Part shown: piece by piece, positions 63,340 through 64,000 of the stretch
Numbering within the stretch: position 1 is the first letter of the stretch
Layout of the letters: every line of letters starts with the position of its first letter
Assembly: GCA_002633005.1 (NCBI GenBank)
Contig: NMRA01000044.1
Span: 778,074-842,073, forward strand
Direction: 5' to 3'
Origin: Phoronis australis
Taxonomy: Eukaryota; Animalia; Phoronida
Length of the DNA stretch: 64,000 nucleotides
The notes under the pieces: model-generated
What the model saw: only the letters and a program-made list of their open reading frames with translations
Told to the model about the DNA's origin: nothing
Databases searched by the model: none
Position numbers and translations under genes: made by a program

Positions 63340-63790
63340 TGGAGACGGCTCTTGAATGTTGTTTAAAAGAGTACATCATTTTTTGTAATTTGGTAAATAA
63401 CTCCAAACTCATGTGGAACTTTGACCTGTTTCATAGCCAGATGTGGCCGGTTGAAAGGGATCTTTCGGTATTTTACCTCATGGTGTTAGAAAAGTCACGC
63501 AAGGGCTTGTCTCTGCTTTGAATCGGGTTATCCAATTTCGAAGTTTGTCATCAGCTCTCTTTGTAACACCATCCTCGTGAATGAGGATTCTGTTTCGGGA
63601 ACGGATGGAAGAGGTGTGCGTCATCTTCATAAAGGAGAGTGTTGGTACTCAGGGTATCTGGGAAACCTAGAATCCTTCTCTTGGGTAGTCCTGCGTTGAT
63701 GAACGCCGGTAGGGACTGCTGCGCGAGTTCACCATCGATACGAACGTAGTTGACACGATGGGATAGGATGGTATTGAAGAAGGGTGATAT
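63340..63790 (-). mobile_element. Highly decayed LINE reverse-transcriptase fragment
   Basis: ILSHRVNYVRIDGE..AGLPKRRILG/PDTL..LLYEDDAHLF, resembling FLS.R.Q.V..GVPQG..LG..LYADD. Confidence 0.55.
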
Positions 63791-64000
63791 TATTGGTTAT
63801 CAAATTACGTTATTGAATTCATCGTATTTTGACGCATTTTACGTATCGTATTTCATTAATTTGACGAAGAAAAGCACGCTTTTTTATAAAATGTAGACCT
63901 TTAAAAAGTTTGAAAATGGTTTTACTAGCGACATGAAATTAAAGTAGTCCCATATTACGCTTTCCTTCGCACCATCTTTTCGTATCCTTTGTCTTGGACA

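Overview
AT-rich animal (invertebrate, probably mollusc/lophotrochozoan; taxon is inferred) genomic DNA with spliceosomal introns and two N-gaps. The only intact protein-coding content I can support is a tandem array of three minus-strand paralogues (A 5050-11785, B 19478-24585, C 30089-40288). Each encodes a secreted ~272-aa protein: signal peptide, one von Willebrand factor A (VWA) domain and one C-terminal CBM14/peritrophin-A-like chitin-binding domain. All three have four coding exons (49/49/46, 218, 355, 197 nt) with compatible phases and GT-AG sites, a short 5' non-coding exon, a TATA box and an AATAAA. The differences between the paralogues cluster in the loops of the VWA MIDAS (ligand-binding) face while the scaffold is nearly invariant. 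This suggests a diversifying chitin-anchored recognition family, resembling Pif/BMSP in architecture and VCBP in logic. The rest is transposon debris: a Kolobok insertion with a paralogous empty TTAA site, a THAP/KolX-like Kolobok relic, hAT5-like MITEs with 5-bp TSDs, LINE RT fragments, a DIRS-like gag relic, an LTR relic with a tRNA-Lys PBS, tRNA-derived SINE heads and microsatellites. No genes are supported in 43-64 kb.
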